Positions 28,690 through 41,732 of a stretch of 64,000 nt of DNA are shown here, piece after piece. The notes beneath the pieces are model-generated. The model was not told where the DNA came from and did not search any database. It worked only from the letters and a program-made list of their open reading frames with translations. How positions within the stretch are numbered: position 1 is the first letter of the stretch; each line of letters starts with the position of its first letter. The DNA comes from Octopus sinensis. Its lineage: Eukaryota. A program made the position numbers and the translations under genes. The stretch covers positions 39,556,001 through 39,620,000 of the forward strand of contig NC_042999.1 of the NCBI RefSeq assembly GCF_006345805.1, given 5' to 3'.

Positions 28690-29790
28690 TATTCACCCAG
28701 ACAGTACAACCAGCTCCCCAGGATTCCAAACATAATTATGCACCCCAACAATTCATTCCAACGACGGAACCCTACCCACGTACTCCCAACCACTTTACCC
28801 AGGCAGCAACACCAACCTCCCATTAATCCCAATATAATAAGTAGTAATATTACTGATTTAATTAATAACAATAATAACACCAATAATAAATTCCACCAAC
28901 TAAATTACAATAAACGTTATTTAGACCGAGTGGAGTGAAACAGGACAAACATAGGAACAAAACTTACAGGAAAAACCGAAAGTAATTAACAAAGAAAAGT
29001 CTCTCTATATCAAAAATCAATATACTAGCCAAAGGTTTAAATTTTACTCCAACTACACTAAGATCTAACCATAATGAAATAAAAGACAATATTTCGAAAT
29101 TCTGCAGAAAAACTACGACTCGCAGAAGCACTGACTACAACAACGAAGATGAATGACTGATCAAACACAGAAGTAATTACCTTCCATATAGGGGTAGGAA
29201 TAAAACACTGGATGATTTCTGCGACCAGATCCAAAATTTCCCGTATACGTCCCATGCGCGAAAAATTAATTCGAACCTCAACAATCTAGAATGGAAAAAT
29301 CTAAATCAACTACAAAACGACGAAAACCTGACAATTAAAGAAGCAGACAAAGGAAGTGCTGTATTTCTGATGGACACAGAACATTATAACACTATACGAG
29401 ATCCCAACACTAGACAGATGCCATTGAGTGGACACATATACATATATGCAAAAATAAGTTCCCGAAATCCCAGGTCTACTCATTCTAACTTGGTTCAATG
29501 AATACCACTGATGAAACATGGATAAACAAAGAAAATACATTCATACAACAATACAAACCAAGTCATAACGAACTTTAACTGTATACATACACAATTGATT
29601 ATCCACGCACAAAACTCTTTCTGCCACTTAACATGAAGAATATACACAGCAGAGTACCTAAATTTTAGCCACTGGAATGCATACAAACGACTCCTGCACA
29701 CTTTCCGAACCGGCATAACTAAACATAAACTAAACATGTGCACTCGAACGTGTCAGCCTTAAATTTCGACGGAAACTATACTGCCACGTG
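28690..29790 (+). mobile_element. Decayed Penelope-like element, N-terminal part of RT ORF
   Basis: Translates to KINILAKGLNFTPT..NEIKDNISKFCRKLRLAE (about 29020-29130) and NLNNLEWKNLNQLQNDENLTIKEADKGSAVFLMDTEHY (about 29275-29390). Confidence 0.85.
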
Positions 29791-30039
29791 CCTCTAAGGC
29801 ATGAAGGAAACGTAAAAAAAACATTTGTATATACAAACATACATACACATATATGTGTGTGTTTGTGTGTTTGTGAGTGTGTGTGTGCGTGAGTGAGTGA
29901 CTGTGTGTCTGTGCGTAGGCATAACATATTTTATTTTTTCACTGGTTTCTTGCTGAAGTGCAGCCTTTTAGTGTGATTAGGTTTCTGTTAATTACTGTTT
30001 TTGATGAATTTGCAAGCTGGACGGAGGTGCTTTTTTTTT

Positions 30040-30900
30040 AAAAAACCTCTAATTACGATGTCGGTTCATTTGTTACTTAAAATGAAAATTTGTCTAAACG
30101 CACTTTGAAGAGCTCCATATGTGCTCCTTTGAAATGTCTGAGTTTATTTAGCAGATGTTGAACAGGAACATTTGAATCCAAGTTGTCCGAGATGGAGAAA
30201 ACGGGATATTCGGTACTGCGTACTGTCGTCCAATTCGGTGGTTGGTATAGCTTCAAGTTCTAAAGTTGGAGCAGTTCCTGGCATACCATCCTATGATCCA
30301 CTTGTGTCATATCCACATTTGAGTAGTTATGCTACTGTTGCAGTAACTAGTTCTAGTGCTTCAGTAGCCGTGTGAGCCGTATGAAAGTAATCATGTCGAG
30401 TGTTTGCAAGCAAGCTATTAGCTTTCAGAACCCCGATCAGCCTTCTTCTGACAATATCGTCCATAAATTGCTAATACGTGATATTAGAGAGATAATCATG
30501 TAAATTTTTCGCATCTGCTATGCTTCACCCTTTATATATCATATCATACCTTTTTTAAGAATGTTGGAAAGTTACCACATGCAAGGAATGTCTGAAGAAA
30601 TATCCGTAGTGATTTTGCGATATATCTCTCGCATGTCTTTAAAAGAACAGCCAGAATCGGTGAAGGTCAGCTACTGAGTCCCAGTTCATCTCATCAGTGG
30701 CCGATATCATATCTTCCTCTTTTGTGTCGATGTAAATATTTGTTGCCTCATTCATAAGTAAGTCTGCAGTGCTGAAAAAATCTTCAGGTCTGATTATTTT
30801 CATGTAGAGGAGAGGTGAAGACGCCTTGGAATTGTTTATTATTCTCTCGGGCCTGCATTTAGTTAGCCGTTTTCTTCAAACTGTGGCCCTATTTTGTAGT
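30040..30900 (-). mobile_element. Old CR1 LINE relic (internally deleted ORF2 pieces)
   Basis: Minus frames give SSPLLYMKIIRPEDFFST..EEDMISATDEM and a C-terminal LRHFKGAHMELFKVRLDKF..NEPT, with many stops. Confidence 0.6.
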
Positions 30901-30941
30901 GTAATAAGGCAGATACGTTCGTAGACTTGTAGATGACATTA

Positions 30942-31326
30942 GTTGTGGAGGCGCAATGGCCCAGTGGTTAGGGCAGCGGACTCGCGGTCGTAGGATCGCG
31001 GTTTCGATTCCCAGACCGGGCGTTGTGAGTGTTTAGTGAGCGAAAACACCTAAAGCTCCACGAGGCTCCGGCAGGGGATGGTGGTGATCCCTGCTGTACT
31101 CTTTCACCACAACTTTCTCTCACTCTTTCTTCCTGTTTCTGTTGTACCTGTATTTCAAAGGGCCGGCCTTGTCACTCTCTGTGTCACGCTGAATATCACC
31201 GAGAACTATGTTAATGGTACACGTGTCTGTGGAGTGCTCAGCCACTTACACGTTAATTTCACGAGCAGGCTGTTCCATTGGTCGGATCAACCGGAACCCT
31301 CATTGTCGTAACCGACGGAGTGCTTC
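30942..31326 (+). mobile_element. SINE family D copy with 12-bp TSD
   Basis: tRNA-like head ggaggcgcaatggcccagtggttagg..gtttcgattccc. TSD tagatgacatta at 30930-30941 and 31327-31338. Confidence 0.9.
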
Positions 31327-31649
31327 TAGATGACATTATAATTCATTTATGTATATTTCCACAGTACTTGCTTCTCTTTCGGCACTTTCGTTTTCATGGG
31401 AAATTCTCAGTTTATTATCGATGTGTAAAAGTGACTGTTGAGGAGAGATTTCTCGCTATCATCTTGTCTATTTAAGCGATTGGAGATCTTATTCCCTGTC
31501 TGATACAGACTCATCTGTCTTCAGGAATAACGGTTTTGTATGCGAACTATATACATACTGAATGTATATGGATCGAATTATTGATATGAATTCTTTACTT
31601 TTCATATCACAGTTTGCACGGATAGCCGTTTAAACCAATTTTGCTGGAG

Positions 31650-31952
31650 TATCAAGGCGCATGGCTTACGATCGTGAGGTTGTGAGCTCGAATCCCGGAC
31701 TGGGCTGTGTGTTGTGTTCTTGAGCAAGACACTTCATTTCACGTTGCTCCAGTTAACTCAGCTGCGACGTCACAGGTGCCAAGCTGTATCGGCCCCTTTG
31801 CCTTTCCCTTGGATAACACTGGTGGCGTGGAGAGGGGAGCCTGGTATGCATGGGCGACTGCTGGTCTTCCATAAACAATCTTGCCCAGACTTGTGCCTGG
31901 GAGGTTAACTTTCTAGGTGCAAACCCACGGTCAGTCATGACCGAAGGGGGTC
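31650..31952 (+). mobile_element. SINE family C copy (head partly deleted)
   Basis: Homologous to 1738-2068 and carries the gtgttcttgagcaagacac central motif. Confidence 0.85.
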
Positions 31953-34900
31953 CCAACCAATCTGCTTTTCAATGGCTTTCCAGACAAAATAGATTTGGGT
32001 GCCATGCGAGAGGAATACTTCATTAATTAGAATAGAACCATATATTTCTTGACTTAACGGTACACATTTCTCAATTTATTTATTTTGTTTTATCTCTACC
32101 TATACGTGTATAAATATCGATGAATATCTAAGCCTATTTATATGTTTAGAGCTACGCAATACCCTTGTATTTGGTATCAGGCATCTCCATGTTTATGATA
32201 GAAATTGTAAGATTTTGCAATTCAATTACTACTGTTGAAGGAAATATTTCAAGACGAATTATTTCTAAATTTTAATATAGAGTAAAATAACGATGGGGAA
32301 AACGTCTCTATCTGATCGGATTTCGTGAACAGATTACATTCAGCGTGTACGTATGTGAAGTACGTACTATTATAAATATCTATAAAAGTGTCTGTAAGGT
32401 ACGTTCTGAGATGCATATGTAGATATATTAACTATACATTATAAGATATAGCTAAAATGCGTACTTATGTCCACTACATCTATGTTATGATTAAAGAATC
32501 GAATAACAATATAAAACGAATTAATATAAGGAAAATAAATATACACAACAGCCTAGCCTCAATCTTCCCAATATTTCAACAGGCTTTGAGAAAATTAACC
32601 TTGTCACAATTTGACATTTAGAAATTGCATAGAATTAAAACGACCTCTGTCAATCGCTACAAGAATCCCCTGTTTGACACGCACACACACACATACACAA
32701 ACACACAAACACACACGTACACAAACACACAAACACACACATACACACACACTCTCACACACACACACATATATATATGATTAATTAATTTAGTCGACTC
32801 GCTGCAGGTGAAAATAATATTATATGCTTCCAACCGAGGAACAAAACTATAGAGAAGGAAACTGTAAAATAACTGTCAGCTTCTTTTTTCTTGATTTATT
32901 TATTTGACAATATAAAATAGTACGTAACGTTTATAGAGGAATGTACACCGCCTGTTCATTACTCGTTAGCACTAGCATAATTTTGTTAGTGCCCAAGACA
33001 ATATTTCCGAACAATTGTCTGTTAATTTTTAAAAAAATATCTTATAATTATTTTATTTTAAGTGAGATTGATTATCGACCAAAATTTCTGGAAACACAAA
33101 TTTTGAGATTTTATCACCTTAGCTAATTAGATGTAGTAATTGAAGTAGATGTTTTTGATTCAGTTAAGAAATAATTAACGAAAGTGTGGCTCTAACTCTT
33201 GTAAGCTCTGTAGAACATATTCCTTTTTTTTCTTTTAAGAAGAAGCATATTTTGCATTTATGACATTTTAAAATATTGTAGCATGATACATTACTGGCAA
33301 TATATATTTTTTAAAAGGCAATTTATGACGTGCAACGCTTAGTAGCATTTTCAAACAACTAAATTCTATGAGCTTATATGATTGTTCGTTATTATACTGC
33401 AATCAATGGTAGGATAAGGAGCTGGTAGTTTTCTCAGAGCGACGGAAAATATGCATAGCGGAATTTTTTCCCATAATTTCTTCAAATTCCACCGAGTTCA
33501 GCTAACCCGTATATTATTTCTGAGTCCATAAAATACCAAACTACTACAGGGAGCGATGCTATTGATAACATTTCCCCGTAAAATTGCTGAGCCTTTGACA
33601 AATTTATTTTCATATCACCTTATTATTATTTTCATATTGCATAATCAGAAGAATGAAAGGCACTTTTCTTTGGGATATGTAATACCTGAATTTAAGTTCT
33701 AAATACGAATAGTTTCGAGGTATAATTTTCACGCTTCATTCGTGAGAGTATGCAGCATTTTAGATATAACAAGCATGCATATTCATTATATCTGGGTTTA
33801 CCAAAGCATGTTGAGGTTCCTGAGTAGCTGTACATATTCTTATGGCATTTTCTAATCCTATCAATAATCTTTGCTTCACAACATATAAGATGATATACAT
33901 ATTGAAGCAAAATATTGGGTACCATAGCAGAACTAATTCTATTCACAAATTCTTTCATCTTATTCAACTAGTGCCTATAGACGCTTCGACACTAATGAAA
34001 CTATAAGTGGCTTATATAAATATACTTTAGCTCATTCCAAATTATAATTTACACATACAAACCGCCGCACCCTTATTTACGCATAAAAATTTAATATTCC
34101 ACGTCTTTCTTTCATTAATACAGAAATAGTTGAATTCTTCTATACATCAAGATGGCGCAATTACTTTCCATTTATATTGAAGTAGTGTGAAGACGGTGAC
34201 GTGGTAAAATAATTGGGCAACGGAAAAAATGTTTAATGTTGTTTAATGCGATGTTTTAAAAATTATATTTCGATATACCAACAGTATAAAATTTGCCTTC
34301 CAACACCCCGTGGTCAATTTAATAATGTACCAGTGAAGTAGTGATGTGCTGTAGGCTGATTTTACCGACTGATTACCTCCCATCAAAAACACTGTTGTGA
34401 GGAAATTATGCTTTTTATGTTTTTACTATATTTTTCGTTTCTTATGGTTGTATTAAATCTCTGAAATATTATTTATGTAACATAATGCAATCCTTATATA
34501 GTTTTTACACATTTATAAAAAAAAGACTCTTAGAATATTTTTTGTGTCTTGTTTGTCTCTTTTTCTTTGCTTCTCTTTTATCTTTTACTCTCTCTCTCTC
34601 TCTCTCTCTCTCTTGTCTTCCTTAATACTCTCCTCTGTCTCTTCTGACCCCTGCCCCTATGATACTTTTTTCTTTGTATTCCCACTATCACGTGGCCCGC
34701 GACAATCGTGAGCTTCATAAAGACGCTCGGCCTTATTCCTAGGTGGTTTGTTTGCTTCTTCCTTCGTTCTGATATTCTGGTGTCCGTAGTGAAACAGGAC
34801 GTTTTCCTTTTCCTTCGCTTTACCCATATCAATCAGTTCGGTAGCCGCACAGCATTATTTTTGTTGTATATGTATAATTATTATAATTATTATACTTATT

Positions 34901-35164
34901 TTAAGTTGTCTTGTTTATTCTAGACCTTGTGTTCTGCGTTCGTGAGTTATTCACAGTGACGTTTTGCAACTAGCTCCACCAAGAGAGAGAGAGGCATCAA
35001 CGTTAATGGCGTGAAACCGTTTTGTTCTCTCGGACGTTGATTGATGAGGAGTTAGAAATGAAGTTTCTGTTTGTTATGGTTTTGTCAAATTTTCCATTCA
35101 TTATATTTTCGTCAAATCTTTCACTTGTTATGTTTTTTATTAAATCCTAGAAACATTCATTTAT

Positions 35165-35300
35165 AATCTAGGTACATGCAACTAGTAATTAATTTATCGA
35201 TCCAGAAAGGATGAAAGGCAAAGTTGATCACGGCGGAATTTGAACTCAGAAAGTAAAGACAGACAAAAAACTGCTAAGCATTTCACCAGCTCGCTGCCTT
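35165..35300 (-). mobile_element. SINE family A copy
   Basis: gaaaggatgaaaggcaaagttgatc..cggaatttgaactcagaa core. Confidence 0.75.
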
Positions 35301-37312
35301 TAAATCCTTGAAATATTGTTAATCTAATGTAACAATATTACGTATTCCTTGTGTATTGTACTTACCTATATATATATATATATATAAATAAATGGATGAA
35401 TGAATTATCCTTTGTTTACCGTTAGCATGGGAAATTCAATAAACAGTTACCAGGGTAGCGAAATTCACGCAAATAACTCGGATGAAGCGACCTATTCAAA
35501 GGTAGAAACTCCGGGTTAATGTGCAGCAATTTGTGTATTATAAGTAAAAAAATGGAGTTGAACGAAGATGTTATTAAAATTCTTTTACTTTCGACATATG
35601 TTTCGAAGACAACATTGTTAAACTCCAAAGGAATAAACGGTGTAAAATGCAATCTTCTCATCAGGAAAGAAAGAGAGCCTATCTCAACAACAGGACATTA
35701 TAACAATTACGATGACTGCCTAAATGATAAACAGAACGTTGTTAAGTATTTAAAAAACCGCTAGTAGATTTGATGTCAAAAGCAGATACCAGGAAGAGAA
35801 GGGTTAAAGAAATAATAAGTAGAGAACAAATCAAGAGGGATACGTTGGTTGAAGTAAAGTGCAAGTTAAACTAACTGTTCAAATCATAAAAAACTGCCGA
35901 AAGCACTTATATGAGTTAAAGGTATGTTTCTGCCAGTGTTTACATTTGTAAGATCAACTGCACCTTCCATTTTTTGTTGTGCTTGTACTGCTTAAAGGCT
36001 CTTTCTTTCCTGCCAAGCTTACTGTTTAAAACATGTTTGAGTTCTCCCAGTGAACAGCCTTATCATTACTGGTACTTTAAACTCTTCGGTTGCATTTTTG
36101 TGTGAATAAAATCGTTTTTCTTTAGAATAGAAAAAAGTCTATCTTTATTTCTTCTTTTGCTGGTCAAATCAGTGTTTCTCAAAGGGGATGCATATGGGAC
36201 AGTCGGACAAGTTGTTTTGAGAAAATTTGGTTTAAATGTTAGACAACTCAGCACCGTCTATTGGTGGCTGGCGTTTCGCTCGTGTATATATATATAAACA
36301 ATGACATATATATGGAAACTGACATTATATTGCAAATATTAGAATGAAATGATCGAGATTCTGATAGTATTTTAATGATTTATGCATAAATTTGATACGT
36401 AGTTTATTATGTTACCTGTCCTACAGTTTTGCTAAGAGTTATTTGTGATGCACTGTGAAAATTAGCAAATTATATGCTATTTTCTAATCATAGAATATAT
36501 GTTGTCTAAAAAGCTCACTGACTACAAGATTTTTATTCCATTACATATTCTCTGTTACACACAGAAAATTAGATGTTTGTAGTAGAGTTTAAATAGGTAC
36601 ATATAACAACCACTCTATATAACTTCATAAATGGTACTGGAAGTGTCAAATGTTGGATTTTTCCACGTCGACTTTGATCTCCAGAAGTAAATAAAGTTTG
36701 AGAAACTGTCCCTATTAATAAACGAATTATTTGTACAGCCAATGGTTTTATGACAATTATGCCACTATACATATTAATCACCACATTTAAACACAAAGCT
36801 TCATATTTTTAAGTCTGTACTAATCGTTATAAATGCAATTACATGGAAACCAATCACATTTTAGTTCTCAAATAATTGTAGGTCATTTGTATGCATTACA
36901 AGGTAACTCATTTACTTGGGGATTGTACATTTACTATATTCGATAAAGAGCTGTTATATAAAGTAATCACTTATTATGATGTGAAACGAAAACTTGAAGT
37001 CTGTTTGGATAATGATGCAATTAAAATATCATCCATTATACAACTTATTTTAGTTATTTATCAGTCACATCACTCTTGACTACGTGTAAATTATATTTAA
37101 AATGCGTTCAATAAAAGAAAGACTGCTGCTGCGAATATCAAAACTTTTGATTAAGGTGTCATTCTAAAGTCTAGCACAGAAGGAAGTGAAAACGAAATAT
37201 GACAATGTTAAAAATGTTATTCAAATAAGCATAGCTAGACAAGAATATGACTTCACTGTTCTATGATAGTATATCTTTTTAAAAATAAGTATATATGTTT
37301 GCGTGTGTGTGA

Positions 37313-37367
<55 letters not shown>

Positions 37368-38999
37368 CGTGTGTGTGTGTTGCATACGTACTGATACATA
37401 AAAACATATGGTTAGAAATTGTTATTTTAAAAAATCTTATTTCGAAAGATAAAAATTTAATTCTTACTAGAATTGCATGTACTTTTATACTCAAGTATTA
37501 CACGTATGCTTATAAGTACGTATATTGCTTAACATTTTTTCATACTTGACGCATTTTTTCTATTAGCTTATCAAGTACAATGAGCAAAAACGATTACAAG
37601 CCTGGCGGTCTCAACTTGTAAAAATGAGGTGTTGTTTTTATTGTATAGAAAATTACTGAATCAGTTACTGAAGAACGAAATGGTTGATAACACTTAAAAA
37701 GTGGTGACATTCGTACACAAAGAATTTAAAAAACAGTTTTCTCTAAGAGTGAAGACAAGCGTGCAGTGCTTCTTCTAATGTCGAAGAAATTCTAGGGAAT
37801 CAAAATTTTGAAAACCATGTACGGTTACATCAGGACTTTTAACTTGAAATCTGAACATATTCTTCCCCTCAAAATAATGAGGGCGTACTATCAGGAAAGT
37901 ACATACACTCACTCGTACATGTGAGCACATTAAATTAAAATTGTGCAAATTTACGATCCATTGCAGTATCATTAGAGGTCAATTTACATTTACACACACA
38001 CGCAAACACACACACGCGCGCGCGCACGCAAGCAACACAACATGCAATGACAAAGACACGTACAACTGAACACTTCGTAAGAATTAAACAAATTGTAGAG
38101 GGAGATATCGTTAAGATACAATAGTGTAACTTGCAATCAGAAATCGTTGTTTTGCATTTAATAATAGATGTTTGAGGTATCAGTAACGTCATTTTAAGGC
38201 ATACAGGCGATAGTTTAGGTATTTGAAAAAAATATAATGTTAAAAGCAATAAAATAAAATACAACGTGAAATAACACAACGACGAAGTTCCGTCGTTTGC
38301 GCTTCATTTCTGGTGTTAGGGCATCAGTGAAAAATGCAAATCTGTTGCTTCTCAGGGGTACTGTATGTTGTGTGTTGCATGCGATTCCTGGTTGTGTACT
38401 CTGCATTTCGTTCTAGTCACGAAGCGTTCGTGCATCCTAAGTGAATCAGATCGGAATGTTATAACCAGCGTGTGTTTATGGAGAGCAACAGTTCTTTCAT
38501 AATATTATTGATTACATTTTGAAATCTTCAAATTAAGAGGAGGTTGACTCTCACATTCATCATCTTGTGATCCATAAAGTACCTAACAGTTGAACACGGG
38601 TCGATGCAATCAACTAACCCCGCACTACACCCACCAAAATTTCAGTCCTTGTAACTATATTAGCAGAAAGGATTACTCAGTTTTCAATGTGTGTGGTTCA
38701 ACTGTCTCACTTTCTGGTGTAACAATGCCGGCAAACATCTCTAAAATACCCCATTAAATCTCAAGTAGGTGTCTATATATTTATCTTCCATCTTGCAGTA
38801 TAATTTCTCGATCAAGGTATTTTTGCAGTATTCAGGATATGATTTTTCTGATTGTAAATACATTCGGTACAAGTCACAGGCGGTTAAGTTTTGACATTAC
38901 ATCATGCATTCAGTATGTGGATTTGATATCAGTTATAGCTGAATTAGAGTTAAAATTTATGCAGTAACTCTTATAACTAAATGTATTTCTTTATTAGCC

Positions 39000-39365
39000 C
39001 CAGGATGCTAAACATAGAGGGGACAAACAAGGACAGACAAAGTGATTAAGTCGATTACATCGACCCTAGTGCGTAACTGGTACTTATTTAATCGACCCCG
39101 AAAGGAGGAGTTGCAAAATCAACCTCGGCGGAATTTGAACTCAGAGCGTAACGGCAGACGAAATACCTATTTCTTTACTACTCACAAGGGGCTAAACTCA
39201 GAGGGGAGGCAAACAAGGGGAGACAAACGGATTAATTCGATTACATCGATCCCAGTGCATAACTGGTACTTAATTTATCAACCCCGAAAGGATGAAAGGC
39301 AAAGTCAACCTCGGCGGAATTTCAACACAGCCAGCTCACCAGCTCGCCAGCTCGCAGCCTTCGAG
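39000..39365 (-). mobile_element. Concatemeric SINE family A variant
   Basis: Two body units, each followed by a gggacaaacaaggacagacaaa-type linker, with a period of about 185 bp. Confidence 0.8.
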
Positions 39366-39839
39366 CTTATCGAACATACTAGAGTGTGTTGAGTCTAAGG
39401 TCGCTTCACTTTGTTCCACATGCATTAAAAACACATTTTTGCTGCATTGGGTTGGTGATCTCATTCGTCCGAATAAACGAGAGAAGTCTAAGAATTTGGC
39501 ACTTAATTCTGGGGACGGTTAAGCTTGGGTGAATGAAGAATTATCGATTCATATAAAATATAATGTAGTTAAAAACAGTTTCGTGAAATATTTCATACCA
39601 GTAATAAATTTGATGAATTTGCCTACGAGAAGAATATAATTAAAGGGATCTTCGTAAATTCTTAGAGATTCAATTGCAAATAACTTAACAGGGTTGTTTG
39701 CAGTTTCATAAGTTGGACGATATGTAGTTTGTGCAATGTAAAGTGGCCTGTCTTGTGGTTAGGATAGAGCATTGTACAAGGTGTAGTACTTAACAAAACG
39801 TCAGTCTGTAGTACAGGTGTTTTGCGAGAGCTGCAACCC

Positions 39840-40190
39840 CATCATCATCATCAGCAGCAGCGGCAGCGTCATTATCATGACCATCATCATTATCATCTTG
39901 CCCCATTGCTTGAACATATTTAGCCCGCGCAGGCCATCCATCCATCCCGGTCCTGCATTAGTTGAAGGCGTTTTCTGGGAGGCATGCAGTGGCACTGCTG
40001 AGTTGATTAACATATGCTGTATTCAGACAACTTGCTCGAGTACGGCCATGCTTTGGTATTCATATCAATAAGTCATTTGCCAGCTCCCGTTCTTCTCGCC
40101 AGCAAAGCGGTAGCCTCTTTTCTGTATGATGGCGGGAGCAGGCAGGAAATTTCCATACAGCTGTTTCTTGGTGTGATGAATTTTCCAACT
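39840..40190 (-). mobile_element. 3' fragment of an RTE-X-like LINE with (GAT)n-type tail
   Basis: Minus strand gives frameshifted HTKKQLYGN..IIQKR..FAG..PKHGRTRA..YVNQL..LMQDRDGW, then a GAT/GCT repeat tail. Confidence 0.65.
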
Positions 40191-41009
40191 TATGTTTAAG
40201 ACATATATGTCACTTTAAATATGACCAACTTTTGAGTAAACTATTTGTGAGATCTGGCTTGATGGCATATCGTTTAGTGTATGTAGGAAAAAGGATTATA
40301 CATAAAATGGTCGGTTCCGATACCGTTTAACTTCTCTCTGTCAGGAAACCGATCAGTTGAATTAAATTGTATAGCTTATGGAAGTGGTATCTGAATTTTG
40401 TGGCTTAATGGTGCAGAAATAATACTATTCCTAATACAATAAGCTTACATCACTAGAAATTCGGTTATCTCACCGCATTATCAATGGAAATTGCCACGAT
40501 CTTCACAATCTCCGAGCGCGACTCGCTGGAATGCATATAAAATTGCATAATCATTATTATAGTGAAATGTTACTATATAAAAACTGTAATAGAGACAGTT
40601 TAATATCAATGATTAGTCTATAAAATATGAACAAATTTTATAGTTAATTTTCATGTAGAAGCTATGATTTCTTCCTGGTTCTCAGTTCTTTTACGATGAT
40701 AAATATATGCCTTATATTTATATCTTAATCTCATTCTATTCTTTCAGTAAACGACAATTTCTTTCCTGTGATATCAACTGATTACTTATAAATTAAATGT
40801 GTCTAAATTCCATCTACTCTGCTGACTAGTCCTTTAGATATATATGGATTAGATGGGATTCGATAGCCAATGTTTACTTCACTTTAGGACGCAACTATCA
40901 CCATGTTTTCTTCACCAGAGAATGGCTTGAGATCATAATGGTTTGAGGAAATTATTCTGCCACACTTGTTGAACATGGCTTGGCAGAAAGATGTATTTTT
41001 ATGCTCATA

Positions 41010-41185
41010 CCAAGGAATAGTTAAGTCGATTGCATAGACCCGTGTACTGAATTGGTACTTATTTTACAAACCTAGAAAGATTGAATGGCAATGTCCATCG
41101 CGATAGAATTTGAACTCAGAATATAAATACGAACGAAATATCGCTAAACATTTCTCCCGCGTGCTAACGATTCGACCAGCTCACC
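41010..41185 (-). mobile_element. SINE family A copy (diverged)
   Basis: gaatttgaactcagaa..cgtgctaacgatt core. Confidence 0.7.
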
Positions 41186-41194
41186 CCTTCCTCT

Positions 41195-41195
41195 G

Positions 41196-41280
<85 letters not shown>

Positions 41281-41320
41281 TTATCTATCTATCTATCTCT
41301 CTATCCATCTATCTATCTAT
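41195..41320. repeat. (CTAT)n array
   Basis: Read directly from the sequence. Confidence 0.95.
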
Positions 41321-41732
41321 ACATACATTTATATAAATAAGGATAAGATCGATATTTAAAAATACCGATTTTTTCAGGTAATAATCATTATCAAAATTAT
41401 AATTAATGGTATCTAAGAGATATCACCATGCTATATATAGGAGCCAAAACGTAACTTTAAAACCATATTAAATGTTCATACAACACCAGGAGAGAAGACA
41501 AAGAGACAAAATAAACTGCCAAGAAATTACTGGATAATTCCAGATGCAGGATTTCTGCCTCTGCGTAAGAAATGCTTTGCCTTCATCAGTTGAATATATG
41601 CAGATAGCACATAAATCCAAACATATATATATATATATATATATATATGTTAGTTAGTTAGTTAGTTAATTTGGCTCAATAGCAAATAGCAAGGCCATGT
41701 AGGGGGACATGGAGTTAAGTACAGGGTGGTGT

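Noticed and set aside
30172-30375. Ser-rich plus-strand ORF resembling a terminal exon
   Set aside because: It lies antisense to a CR1 ORF2 relic whose C-terminal motifs are on the minus strand.
34476-35000. Possible solo LTR
   Set aside because: No convincing TG..CA termini with a TSD, and no internal retroviral sequence nearby.
39817-39925. His/Gln-rich stretch resembling a transcription-factor exon
   Set aside because: It is the reverse complement of the (GAT)n tail of the RTE-X-like fragment.
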